Positions 25,604 through 35,406 of a DNA stretch of 53,631 nt are shown piece by piece. The notes under the pieces were generated by a model. It had not been told where the DNA came from and did not search any database. It was given only the letters and a program-made list of their open reading frames with translations. The position numbers and the translations under genes were made by a program. Origin of the DNA: a virus. Lineage: Duplodnaviria; Caudoviricetes. Every line of letters starts with the position of its first letter. The first letter of the stretch is position 1. The stretch is from IMG/VR virus record IMGVR_UViG_3300031749_000457, positions 1 to 53,631 of that record. One strand, written 5' to 3'.

Positions 25604-26335
25604 ATGTCATATCCCAAATTCGGATGTGCGGGAAACGTGGAGAGTGAGAGCCATGCCTATATGACAGACCAGCTTGAGTATAGGGATGGGTTTGACACAG
25701 ATATTTTTTCATTAAAGTTTACGGATTCGCTGAGGAGAGGAAATCCGAGCTTTTGTGCGCAGGCTTATGGGATTGGGAAATCAACAGACCCAACGAGAAA
25801 CAGTCTTGGAGTTCCGCTTGATACGGTGACAATGACAGAGGAAGAAGAGACGACAACACCGCATATGCTTGCCACTCAGCCAGGAGTTTCTCCATCGCTT
25901 GGAGACAAGCTGACCTATACTGATGGGCTTATCTTCTTTAGAAAGAAAGTGACGATTGTGATTAATGGGAGAGGAGACCCGCCTGAAGGATTAGGTCCTG
26001 AGGACAGGGGGAATACGTATATGGGGACGGTTTTGATTAAGCCTGCGGTTGGTGATGCACCAATAATTCAGAAAAGCGGTCTATATGTAAATAGGGTTGA
26101 GCTGACAAAAAGTGTGACTGACTGGCAGAAGTTTACGGTTGAGCTTGTAAAGTATGTTGGGAATACTGTTGAAAATGCCCAAGAAAATATGATTGAGCCT
26201 CAGCTTTTTACTGTTGCCGAGCTTGATGCAATAAGCCCATGGTATAAGATAACGAGAACAACTACTTTAAATTCAAATGATAAGCCGAATGTGGAAGAGA
26301 CTGTAGAAATTTACGATGCTGAAGCGACGCCATAA
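25604..26335 (+). CDS. Putative major tail (tube) protein
   Basis: Strong SD GGAGGAGGTG; Thr-rich beta protein; position only. Confidence 0.4.
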   Translation: MSYPKFGCAGNVESESHAYMTDQLEYRDGFDTDIFSLKFTDSLRRGNPSFCAQAYGIGKSTDPTRNSLGVPLDTVTMTEEEETTTPHMLATQPGVSPSLGDKLTYTDGLIFFRKKVTIVINGRGDPPEGLGPEDRGNTYMGTVLIKPAVGDAPIIQKSGLYVNRVELTKSVTDWQKFTVELVKYVGNTVENAQENMIEPQLFTVAELDAISPWYKITRTTTLNSNDKPNVEETVEIYDAEATP

Positions 26336-26346
26336 GGAGCTTGCGG

Positions 26347-26631
26347 ATGGCTTATTCTGTAGTAGTGGATAAGGTTTTGAAGACAAAGAGAAGAAATGAA
26401 AATCCAACTGTTGATGGGGAGTCGATTATTCAGGAGCTTGGCTGTGTGGAGCAGAAGACATACAGGTTTTTCTGGATAACGACTGAAGAGCTGCAGGCTG
26501 AGATAGAGAAGCTGGAGGCTGAGGCTGAGGACGGTTGGGTGATTGTTGGAGAGGTATCGAGAAGCCCGATACATGAGGCACTTGATTTGTATAATGCACA
26601 GGTCGTCATGAGGCGGCTTGTATCATCATAA
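26347..26631 (+). CDS. Hypothetical tail-module protein
   Basis: SD TAAGGAG, ATG 26347. Confidence 0.55.
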   Translation: MAYSVVVDKVLKTKRRNENPTVDGESIIQELGCVEQKTYRFFWITTEELQAEIEKLEAEAEDGWVIVGEVSRSPIHEALDLYNAQVVMRRLVSS

Positions 26632-26649
26632 AAGAAAGGAGGTTTTTGA

Positions 26650-27522
26650 ATGGCTAAGACAATAACGATTGAATACACAAACCCTGTAACAGGGGCGCAG
26701 GCGACGAAGCAGGTTTCTGTAGATATTGAGAGATACAGAAGGGACACAGAGGAGGGAGCGGTTGAGAGCTTTTTCTTAAAAGCTACAGCTTCGGGGTGCG
26801 ATGCCATTCTGGAGAATATAGATGACCTGATTGTTGACCTATTGGATGGGAAGCCCTCGAAGAACAGGTATGGGGTTGTCCAGAGCTATATTGATACGGC
26901 GTTTACAGCCAATGGAAACACACTCTCAGTTACTCCAGCAGCAGATGAGGCAGGTTTTGTGGCGGATGTTCCTTGCGTTGTGATGGATAAATATGGGAAC
27001 GTGATAGACTGGTTTATCCCTTCAGCAGTTAGTGCGGATTTTACCATTCCGACAACTGGGGCTGCGGCTCTTGAGCAGGATTGTAAGGTAGGGTGGATTG
27101 TCCAGCAGGCAAAATACTTTTTATCCCCGCTCGGAGAAAACAGCCAGCTTGGAATTAAGGCGCAGTCTGAACAGCCGAGTTCACCTACTGAGGTTTCAGG
27201 GTCAGGTTCTGTGTCAGGTGGAATAAATGTAAGCTGGACAAAGCCAACGGATGCAGTGATAAAGTATTATGATATTTACTGTTATAAGACCACAAAGCCT
27301 GATGTAATTGAGCCAAATGCACTGCCTTCGGTGGCAGATAGAGCTGCTTCGCTTAGTTCGAGCAATGTGAACCTTACACAGTATTTTGATGAGTCAACGA
27401 TGGAGCTGAAGAACCTTGATGCTGGAACTTATTATGTAGGAGTAGTGGCGAAGGATGGAGCTGGGATGGTTGATGTGAACGAAAGCGAAATAGCCTGGTC
27501 TGATGCGATAACGATTACATAA
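26650..27522 (+). CDS. Tail structural protein with C-terminal fibronectin-III-like domain
   Basis: PSSPTEVS...INVSWTKP...YYDIY...GTYYVGVVAKD. Confidence 0.6.
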   Translation: MAKTITIEYTNPVTGAQATKQVSVDIERYRRDTEEGAVESFFLKATASGCDAILENIDDLIVDLLDGKPSKNRYGVVQSYIDTAFTANGNTLSVTPAADEAGFVADVPCVVMDKYGNVIDWFIPSAVSADFTIPTTGAAALEQDCKVGWIVQQAKYFLSPLGENSQLGIKAQSEQPSSPTEVSGSGSVSGGINVSWTKPTDAVIKYYDIYCYKTTKPDVIEPNALPSVADRAASLSSSNVNLTQYFDESTMELKNLDAGTYYVGVVAKDGAGMVDVNESEIAWSDAITIT

Positions 27523-27567
27523 TTTAAAGGGTGGCAACCCCCTATTCCCAAAGAGAGGAGGCTGAAG

Positions 27568-28107
27568 ATGGCGAAGGAAGTGCCCGTGCCAGATGAATTA
27601 AAGATTTTGCTACCTGAACTGAACAAGGGAGTTATTGTGGTAGGCTCCAAGGCGTATGAGATTTACCCGCTCTATGAAGGACAGCTTGAGAAGATTTCGA
27701 GCGAGATAGCAGAGGTGATGTCAAGGATAAATTCTCCTGATGGACAGTGTCCTAAGTGTGGAAAGGTTGTTAAGTCTGCACTTCCGAGAAGGATTTTCAA
27801 ATGCCCAGATGACGGCGAGGATTTGGTAACAATGAATGAGTCGCCGATGGAAGCAATTCTTAAGAGTTCGAAGATTCCGGAGTGGGTTGAGATGGTTACT
27901 GGAGTGCCGAAGCAGGAAGTAGCGGCAAACATGACGTTTGCTCAGCTTAAGCACTTTGCAGGGCTTTTCTGGAAGCTGAATTTCAGTGATGATGGTATGC
28001 CGAAGGAGTCCCTTGAAAATTTCAGGAGACTGCTGGGGATGATGGGGGGCACGGAGGAAGTGAAGAAGGAATCCCCAGCAGAGAAACAGGAAGTGCCCCA
28101 AGTTTAG
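27568..28107 (+). CDS. Tail assembly chaperone (gpG analogue) with Zn-ribbon insertion
   Basis: Upstream of tape measure; CPKC...CPDD; contains slippery heptamer. Confidence 0.7.
   Translation: MAKEVPVPDELKILLPELNKGVIVVGSKAYEIYPLYEGQLEKISSEIAEVMSRINSPDGQCPKCGKVVKSALPRRIFKCPDDGEDLVTMNESPMEAILKSSKIPEWVEMVTGVPKQEVAANMTFAQLKHFAGLFWKLNFSDDGMPKESLENFRRLLGMMGGTEEVKKESPAEKQEVPQV
28017..28023 (+). other. Programmed -1 frameshift slippery site A AAT TTC
   Basis: X XXY YYZ heptamer in the zero frame, directly after the last -1-frame stop (TGA 28014-28016). Confidence 0.75.
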
Positions 28108-28727
28108 GAGAGATTTACGAGGCTTTTGCTGCGGAGTATGGATGGACAAGGGATTATATACAGAACAACCTTACGAGACCGCAGGTAAGGCTTTACTGGT
28201 TTTATCTCAATAAGAGGAAGTTTAAGGAGCTTGAGAGGCAGGCTGTTGTTCTTTGGGGTTATGACCCAAATAGAAGAAAAAAGCAGAAAAGGCAGAGGGA
28301 GCTTGCAGAGAAGTGGCAGGAGGACCCGCTTTATGGATTTCCTAACGACATTGAGTATTTTACGAAGGACCAGATTATGGCGAAGATTTCGGTCTCAAGG
28401 AGATTCGGCAGTAAGCTTGCACCTGAAAAGAGATGGGATAAGGAGAGGGGAGATGCATGTTTAGGAAGGTATGGTGCGGTAGCAAAGCGGTGTTCGATGA
28501 ATGACAAGCTGTGGGGAATTTATCAAAAAGCAAAAAGAAAAGGAATTGCGCTGACGCTTGAGGAGGTAAAAAAGATGATTCTCCTCGATATTAAGAGGTC
28601 AAAACTTTATCCGCCGGGGTGGAAGGATGATACGGTTTCTCCGCCTGAGTGGTATTTAGAGGAATTGAGAAAGAAGGGGTTGCTTGAGAAGATTCTCAAA
28701 GAAATAGATGAGGTAGCGAAGGCGTAA
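28017..28727 (+). CDS. -1 frame extension of tail chaperone (gpGT analogue)
   Basis: Frame open 28017-28727 with no start codon before 28377; reads GEIYEAFAAEYGWTRDYIQNNLTRPQV. Confidence 0.72.
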   Translation, partial: KFQETAGDDGGHGGSEEGIPSRETGSAPSLGEIYEAFAAEYGWTRDYIQNNLTRPQVRLYWFYLNKRKFKELERQAVVLWGYDPNRRKKQKRQRELAEKWQEDPLYGFPNDIEYFTKDQIMAKISVSRRFGSKLAPEKRWDKERGDACLGRYGAVAKRCSMNDKLWGIYQKAKRKGIALTLEEVKKMILLDIKRSKLYPPGWKDDTVSPPEWYLEELRKKGLLEKILKEIDEVAKA

Positions 28728-30910
28728 TGTCTGATATAACGATAAAATACAGCTCAACGGGTTTTGAGAAGGTAGCAAGGGAGCTTTCGGAGTTAGAAAA
28801 GAAAGCCGGTGGGTCAGCTTCTTGGTTTACCCCAATGCAGAAATCGTTAAAGGATGCTGAGGGAGCGGGAGGGTCATTTTTTTCGAGCTTTTCAGCAGGG
28901 CTTGAAAAGTTAAAGCCTGTCTTGGCAGGTTTTGCTTCTGACCTTCTTAAAGTGTCTGGATTAATTGGGGGGCTGGCAGTTGCTGTGGGAGGTGCAACAG
29001 TAATTGCCTTTGAAAAGTGGACAATGAGTGTGCTTAAGACTACTGAGTCTTTCAGGATGCTTGAGATTTCGATGTATGGTGCTACGAAGAGTTGGGAGGC
29101 GGTGGCTACGGCTTCTAAGTTTGCAAAGGAATATGCTGCTGAATATCCAGCTATGTATGGCGATATTATGAGGGCATTGCAAAGTTTTGCATATATCCCT
29201 GCCCTGAGACCGATGATTCAGAGGGGGGATGTTCAGAACATGAAGGAAATGATGCATATAGTCCAGGGAATGATGACGATAAGACCTGAGCAGGGAGTAA
29301 CTGGTGCAATCTATGCCTTAAGGGAGGCACTTGCTGGAAACTGGCGTTCTCTGATGTATAGGTTTGATATTCCGATTGCATCGATTGCAGAGGCTGCGGG
29401 GATGACGCTTGAGCAGATGAAACAGAGTCCTGAGCAGGCAGTAAAGGCGCTGAAGGCGTGGATAGATGAGTTTGTAGGTGCTGAGACGATGGCAATGATG
29501 GCAAAGAATTTATCAATCCAGGTAGGAAACCTGAGGGATAAGTATGAGATGTGGCTTGATAGGTTGGGAAAGACTGGAGTTTATCAGAAGGTTGTTGATT
29601 ATCTTTTGAAGCTGAATGAAGCGATGGATGCGTTCATGCAGTCAGAAAGGATGGCTGAATGGACTGAAAGAATCAATAGTTTCCTTGAAGGGATTGTGGA
29701 TAGAATTGCCTCAGTTTTTACGGAGGGAATTGATTGGGAAAGTGTAATGAGCTTTGAGGACCTGATGGCTGCGCTGAAGAAGGTAGGCGATAATGCGATA
29801 AAGGCTTTTAAGGATATATGGGATTCGATAAAAGACCCGATGGCAAAGGCACTGCAATCTGTTTTTAAGACTGTTTCTGAAATGGTAATGCCAGTAATTA
29901 AAGAGGTTTTTTATCCGGTGGGCAAGGAGATAGCAAAGCAGGTTATTAGTGGTGTCTATGATTTTATGAAAGAGAATCCACTGCTAAGTGCTTTGCTTTT
30001 AGGATACAAGGGTGCAACATTCGGTGCTCAGATTGGTGGGAAATTTGGAGCTTTAATTGGTGCAGGAGCTGGAGCGGTGGCTGGTGTTATGCCGTGGGTA
30101 ATAGAGAAGGTTGGTGGGAAGAAGGAAGAAAAAGTAGCTGAGGTCGCAGAGAAGCATTTTTCTATACAACAGCAACTTACAGAGGAGCAGTTAAAAGAGC
30201 TTAATTATTGGAAAGAAATAAACAGAAATTTTGATACCTTCAATAGAGATTTTGATGCGTTGATTAGGTCTGTGTCAGGAGCAGTAGCTGGCGGTGGTGT
30301 TGGGGCGGGGGCTGAGAGAAAGCTGACGGCAGAAGAATTAGAAAAATTATCAAAAATGAGGGAACAGCAGGAATGGACGTTTTATACGCAGTGGTCGAGA
30401 ATGGCTGAAATGATGGCAAAAGCTCCTGAGACAGCAGGACCGAGGATTTCTCCTTTCTACAGGTATGCAAGGGGAGAGATTTCGTGGGAACAAATGCTTG
30501 CAGCAGAAAGGGTAGAAAGATTTCAGGAAGAGCAGGTAAAAAAGCTTGAGGAGATGATTAGGGTTGCGCAGGAAACAGGAACCCCGAATTATGGATTGAT
30601 GAGCAAGGCTTATGCAGAGATGTTTAACATTGCCTATCAAAGAGGAGATTTTGGGAGGGCTCAGGAATATATGAACCTTTCCCTTGATGCTCTGAAGGAG
30701 GAGATGGCAAAGCAGAGCGCAGATATGCAGAAAGAACTTGGATATTTAGCCAATATAGAGGCGAATACAAAAGATATGGTTGAGGTGGTAAAGATTACTT
30801 ACGGGACTCCAGCCGGTTTAAGGACGACGATATATCATGCAGGGAGAGAGGAGGGCTGGAGTGAAGATGAATTGAGGTATCAGGTGAGGAGGGCGCTTGG
30901 AGAGGCTTAG
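28727..30910 (+). CDS. Tape measure protein
   Basis: 727 aa, Ala/Gly/helical, tape-measure-like N-terminal block (ALREALAGNWRSL, NLRDKY); follows chaperone. Confidence 0.85.
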   Translation: MSDITIKYSSTGFEKVARELSELEKKAGGSASWFTPMQKSLKDAEGAGGSFFSSFSAGLEKLKPVLAGFASDLLKVSGLIGGLAVAVGGATVIAFEKWTMSVLKTTESFRMLEISMYGATKSWEAVATASKFAKEYAAEYPAMYGDIMRALQSFAYIPALRPMIQRGDVQNMKEMMHIVQGMMTIRPEQGVTGAIYALREALAGNWRSLMYRFDIPIASIAEAAGMTLEQMKQSPEQAVKALKAWIDEFVGAETMAMMAKNLSIQVGNLRDKYEMWLDRLGKTGVYQKVVDYLLKLNEAMDAFMQSERMAEWTERINSFLEGIVDRIASVFTEGIDWESVMSFEDLMAALKKVGDNAIKAFKDIWDSIKDPMAKALQSVFKTVSEMVMPVIKEVFYPVGKEIAKQVISGVYDFMKENPLLSALLLGYKGATFGAQIGGKFGALIGAGAGAVAGVMPWVIEKVGGKKEEKVAEVAEKHFSIQQQLTEEQLKELNYWKEINRNFDTFNRDFDALIRSVSGAVAGGGVGAGAERKLTAEELEKLSKMREQQEWTFYTQWSRMAEMMAKAPETAGPRISPFYRYARGEISWEQMLAAERVERFQEEQVKKLEEMIRVAQETGTPNYGLMSKAYAEMFNIAYQRGDFGRAQEYMNLSLDALKEEMAKQSADMQKELGYLANIEANTKDMVEVVKITYGTPAGLRTTIYHAGREEGWSEDELRYQVRRALGEA

Positions 30911-30912
30911 GG

Positions 30913-32883
30913 ATGGGAAGGCTTATAAATCTTTTTGATGATGATGTTTTAATAGTAAATGGAGTAGATACCGTAAAAGGTATTTCAGAGTATACGATTT
31001 CGAGGGGACGGGGTTCGATTGGTGCTGACTTTTCCATTACTCTGCCAAAAATAGAAACGCTCGTTGAGGCAGGAGATGAAGTGGAATTTAAGGATATAGA
31101 AGGAATAGTTACGAGCAAAGAGATAAGGGCAAGCGGGAATGGATTTATTACAGTGATAAATGGTGTATCAAAGATAGGGGAGCTGATAAGAAGAGCACCT
31201 ATAAAAACGCTTACATATATGTCGCTTACGCCTGCCGAGAAGGAGGAGTTTGATATAGCCTGCGATGGTGATTACAGCGAGCTTGACTACATACCGCTGA
31301 TAAAGTTGTGTGACCCGCAGACGTTTACAGGTGGATGGACGAGCAATGAGATAATAGAAGACCTGCTTGTTAACAGAGGAGGCTTTGAGGTTGTATGTAA
31401 TGTCTACAATTACTGGGTAAGGCAGGTGCAGGCTTCCAATACTTCATCGTATTTTGATACGGTATTGTCTATAGTTTATTTTCTGAGGCCGATAATCTAC
31501 GAACAGGATGGCATTATTTTCATTCTTGAGAGGCCTGTTGTTAACGGAACGATAACACTGAATAAGTTTTCTAATGTAGTGCAGAGGTATGTCTACAGTT
31601 CTGAAAGCAAGGCGAAGTATTTCAGGGTTACAGGCGGATACGGAATGTGGAGAAGGGATAAGTCAAAGGTTCCAGCTGAGCCTGAAAAGGAGACAACTCT
31701 TGTATCGGAGGCATATCAGGAGTCTCCGATGTATGGGAAGCTTGTGCTTAGAGGAGAGAAAGAGGTAATTGATAAGACAACTGGTTCGAGGTCGTACAGC
31801 TGGGGAGGGTTTGGTGAAGAGGAAAAAGCGCCAGAAGTGGTTGCAGAGTTTACATATCCATTAAAAGAACCCATGAGAGAGAGGTATACGACCACTGAGG
31901 TATGGAGGCTTGACCCGTATGGAAACTTCAAGGCTCTGCTTTCGAGGAGGAAGGTTGGATATAATCTGACGCTTGATGCTAAGGTGCTGGATGAGCTGGA
32001 GCTTTATGAGTATGATTTTCTCTCTGAGGAATACGAAAGACCGAGGTTGAGGTCAAGGAGAACGGTTACTGCGAAATATACGTGGGTTATAAGTGAATTA
32101 ACTGGTTTGGTAACGAGCAGGCAGTATAACGAGAGAGCATCTGAGACGTCAGAGGCATGGGTTTACAGCGACAATGGGACTCTGCTTCAGGAAACAAAAA
32201 CAACGATGATGGACTGTGTGAGGCTGGTTGCTGGAGATGAATATGTGGCAGTAGATGTAGCGGATAAGTATTTCAGGGAAGAGGGTTCTGAGGATTATGC
32301 AACAGTTGAAAGGATGGTGGTTGAGGAGGTTGTAACTAATTACAGGCAGATATCGCCTGATGTGTTTGAGAAATCAACGACTATAAGGAAGCTTGGACCT
32401 TTATCAAGGAAAATCGGACAGGAAAACTATGTTACTACTTCAACAATGGTAAGAGGAAGGGTGCAGAGAAGTCCTATGGTTTACAGGAAGATGATTGTTG
32501 AAGTGGATAATATACCTGATGATTCTGATGAAACGATTGATGTTCCTGTAATGAGTATAAGCAATCCAAATATTATTGACTGGGATGATGCTGAGGCTAT
32601 TTTCAACAGGCTCAAGCAGCAGGCTCTGGAGTCGAATTATGTAGAGAGGGTAATTACAGTGCCTTGGGATATTCCAGTGGATATTGGATGGGCAATAAGC
32701 CTGCCGGGCATTGATGTAGGGAAAAAGCTCGAAAAGCCATCGGCAGGAGCACCTTATGAAGAGGATTTTCAAACAATACCTGAGGTGGTTATCCCCAATT
32801 ACTCACTTATTACTGGTTATGAGAAGAGGAAGAGGGCTGGAGAGCCTTCCATTGAGACTGTGATAACTGTGGAGGCAAGGTGA
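30913..32883 (+). CDS. Tail tip/hub-like protein
   Basis: Large beta-rich ORF directly after tape measure. Confidence 0.5.
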   Translation: MGRLINLFDDDVLIVNGVDTVKGISEYTISRGRGSIGADFSITLPKIETLVEAGDEVEFKDIEGIVTSKEIRASGNGFITVINGVSKIGELIRRAPIKTLTYMSLTPAEKEEFDIACDGDYSELDYIPLIKLCDPQTFTGGWTSNEIIEDLLVNRGGFEVVCNVYNYWVRQVQASNTSSYFDTVLSIVYFLRPIIYEQDGIIFILERPVVNGTITLNKFSNVVQRYVYSSESKAKYFRVTGGYGMWRRDKSKVPAEPEKETTLVSEAYQESPMYGKLVLRGEKEVIDKTTGSRSYSWGGFGEEEKAPEVVAEFTYPLKEPMRERYTTTEVWRLDPYGNFKALLSRRKVGYNLTLDAKVLDELELYEYDFLSEEYERPRLRSRRTVTAKYTWVISELTGLVTSRQYNERASETSEAWVYSDNGTLLQETKTTMMDCVRLVAGDEYVAVDVADKYFREEGSEDYATVERMVVEEVVTNYRQISPDVFEKSTTIRKLGPLSRKIGQENYVTTSTMVRGRVQRSPMVYRKMIVEVDNIPDDSDETIDVPVMSISNPNIIDWDDAEAIFNRLKQQALESNYVERVITVPWDIPVDIGWAISLPGIDVGKKLEKPSAGAPYEEDFQTIPEVVIPNYSLITGYEKRKRAGEPSIETVITVEAR

Positions 32884-33080
32884 GAAGGCAGGAATTGGAA
32901 AGAGAAAAGCTTAGAAAATCTGCTGTTGCTACGGATGGATTCGTAAGAGGCATAAGTTTAAGCTACGGGATTGTTGTAGGTGCTGAAGGTCTTAGTGTAT
33001 CTAACAGCCTGTTTTCGCATGGAACGGTTATACCGTGGTTGGAGAGCAGACATATTAAAATACTGGTTGGTGCGGATTGA
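32880..33080 (+). CDS. Small tail-module protein
   Basis: Overlaps both neighbours by 4 nt. Confidence 0.5.
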   Translation: MRRQELEREKLRKSAVATDGFVRGISLSYGIVVGAEGLSVSNSLFSHGTVIPWLESRHIKILVGAD

Positions 33081-34834
33081 AAGGATTACAGAATATTACA
33101 CAGGAAAAAGTAATAGCGAGGCTTGGTGGAACGTCGTTTCTCACCGAAACTGGAAAGGTGATAGAGGGAGATTACACGGTTGGGGAATATGCTCCTGTGA
33201 TTTTTGATAAGATGGCTTGCAGGTTTATACCTGTTTGGAAGAAGGATGTTGGGATTGGTGAGCCGATAGCCAAAAGGGTTGAGGATGAATATGCGGGTGG
33301 TTCTTATACGGTATATCTTTATGGGAGCGCTGTCAGGTATGATGCCGAAGAGAATAAGATATTTTGGGAGACAGTTTCTCAAAACGATAATTATTATATT
33401 GATTTAGATGGAGTGGTGGTTAACAGCGAAGAGACCCTCATGTTGAGGGTAGTTGAGTATAGGTCAACGGCGGGAGTGCTTATCTATAAAGATACAAGCG
33501 ATTATTACTGGGTTGTTAAGTTTGAGCTTACGGGTATAACTGACCCACGGGAAGAGTATGAATACGAGGGAGACGATTATTTGAAGTGCGATTATGTATA
33601 TGGGACTGAGCAGATTAACCTGAGTATTACTGTTCCAGGTGGTTTTAATGGGTTTGCAGGCATAACACTGGTTAATATTTCAGACCCGTGGATAGAGAAT
33701 TTGGTGTATGACGGCATATTTGAACAGGAAGTCTTTTTAGAGCTTAAAAACGTTGAGGTTTATCTCGAAGATATAGAGGAGCATGGTGTTAATAATATCA
33801 GGTATGAGCTGTTTGCAAGCGGAGAAATCTACTATGGTTATCACTGCCTGCTTCACTGGCCGTCGTTTGACCCTGGGGATGAGCATATAATCAATGATTC
33901 GTTCACGATTAGGCATGGTTTCTATAATAGAGGTAGCGGATGGGATGGAGCTGTTAATATATTTGCTCCAACTGGAACGGCATACCTTGGAATAACGCAG
34001 TATGCCTGGAAGCATGGTGCCCCATGGTATAGAGCATATAAAGTTTATGTGCCTATTGAGAAGGGTGAAATTACATTTGCTTATGAAGGCGGGCATTACT
34101 GTGTGAGCTACTGCGATGAGCCGTGGAAGTTTTTGGAGACATATCCAATTTTTGACATTTCGGGAAGCTATATAGCTGGATGGTTTGTGAATTACTACTC
34201 GATGCTTAATCCAGAGTATTATCCTTATGAGCCGAATTATCATCATAAGTGGTTTATCTGGATATCGGTGACGGATTTTAGGGAAGTAATAATGCACGAC
34301 TGGATTAACGACAGGCTTTACGGGACCGGCACGTTTAGACCAAGAGGCGGCGGGATAATGACCGGTGAGAATAAATACAGGTGTATGGAGACAAAGTCGT
34401 TTTTCAGGTGGTCTCCGCTTACTGGATATTCATTAAATCTGTATGTGATAAACGATGTGGTTTATCTTGAGAGTTCGTATAGTGATGGAGATGGGGAGAC
34501 TGTTATTGAACCAAAGGAAATACCTGAGGATGAAATGGGAAGTGATTATCCTCTCGGAAGGTGTGCAAAAGAGTTACAGCTTGCTTCGAGGAAAATGAAT
34601 TTAGAGAAGGTCCCTGGAATTTACGATGTGATATTCAGGGTTTATTGGTATGGGTCGTATTATCGTGAGGAACATCAGTTTACGGGGAAAGTTATAGGAG
34701 AAGAGGCTCTGACTGATATGAGTAGGTATCACACTACTGGAACGAGCTATCCGATGCAGGTGGTGGCGGATTTTCTTTCAGATTTTGGGCTTGTCGAGAG
34801 GAAGTTTGCAGAGGCAATCACTTATAGATATTAG
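33077..34834 (+). CDS. Tyr/Trp-rich tail tip or receptor-binding protein
   Basis: Aromatic-rich beta protein in tail module. Confidence 0.5.
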   Translation: MKGLQNITQEKVIARLGGTSFLTETGKVIEGDYTVGEYAPVIFDKMACRFIPVWKKDVGIGEPIAKRVEDEYAGGSYTVYLYGSAVRYDAEENKIFWETVSQNDNYYIDLDGVVVNSEETLMLRVVEYRSTAGVLIYKDTSDYYWVVKFELTGITDPREEYEYEGDDYLKCDYVYGTEQINLSITVPGGFNGFAGITLVNISDPWIENLVYDGIFEQEVFLELKNVEVYLEDIEEHGVNNIRYELFASGEIYYGYHCLLHWPSFDPGDEHIINDSFTIRHGFYNRGSGWDGAVNIFAPTGTAYLGITQYAWKHGAPWYRAYKVYVPIEKGEITFAYEGGHYCVSYCDEPWKFLETYPIFDISGSYIAGWFVNYYSMLNPEYYPYEPNYHHKWFIWISVTDFREVIMHDWINDRLYGTGTFRPRGGGIMTGENKYRCMETKSFFRWSPLTGYSLNLYVINDVVYLESSYSDGDGETVIEPKEIPEDEMGSDYPLGRCAKELQLASRKMNLEKVPGIYDVIFRVYWYGSYYREEHQFTGKVIGEEALTDMSRYHTTGTSYPMQVVADFLSDFGLVERKFAEAITYRY

Positions 34835-34845
34835 GAGGAAGAAAA

Positions 34846-35391
34846 ATGTATGAAGAGATTGGAATTATAGATGTAGGCAAAAGGGGGAGAGAGAAAAAAC
34901 ATAAGTTTTGGGTTGGTGTATGGGAGATTTATCATTTTGATAAAGATAATAGGCTTATTTGGAAGGAAGAAGTGGAGAATGCACTTGCAGATGAAGGTGA
35001 AGAATCCATGCTTGATGTGTATTTAAGGGGCGCAGCAGCACCAACGAACTTTTACCTTGGACTTGCAAACGATACGCCGAACGACCAGACAACACTTGCA
35101 ACCCTTCAGGGAGAGCCTTCGGGGAACGGCTATGCAAGACAGCAAATAGAGAGGTCAGGCACTGGATGGCCGGTATTTGAAAAGGACGAAAATAATGATT
35201 GGAGGGCAACTTCTAAACTTGTTACCTTTACGGCTTCAGGAGGTTCGATTGGTCCTGTTAATCTTATGTTTTTGACTGACGTTGCCTCTGGGACAAGCGG
35301 GAAGTTTTTAGCATGGGCAGCCCTTTCGCAGTCGAGAACTTTATCAAACGGAGAGAGCCTGGGATGTAAGATAAAGATTAAGCTCTCGTAG
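34846..35391 (+). CDS. Minor tail structural protein
   Basis: ENALADEGE, FYLGL, EPSGNGYARQ, VTFTASGG pattern common in phage tail proteins. Confidence 0.65.
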   Translation: MYEEIGIIDVGKRGREKKHKFWVGVWEIYHFDKDNRLIWKEEVENALADEGEESMLDVYLRGAAAPTNFYLGLANDTPNDQTTLATLQGEPSGNGYARQQIERSGTGWPVFEKDENNDWRATSKLVTFTASGGSIGPVNLMFLTDVASGTSGKFLAWAALSQSRTLSNGESLGCKIKIKLS

Positions 35392-35406
35392 AGGGGATAA
35401 GAGAAA

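Noticed and set aside
28231-28464. ORF 28231-28464 as a gene
   Set aside because: Overlaps the better-supported -1 frameshift extension in another frame
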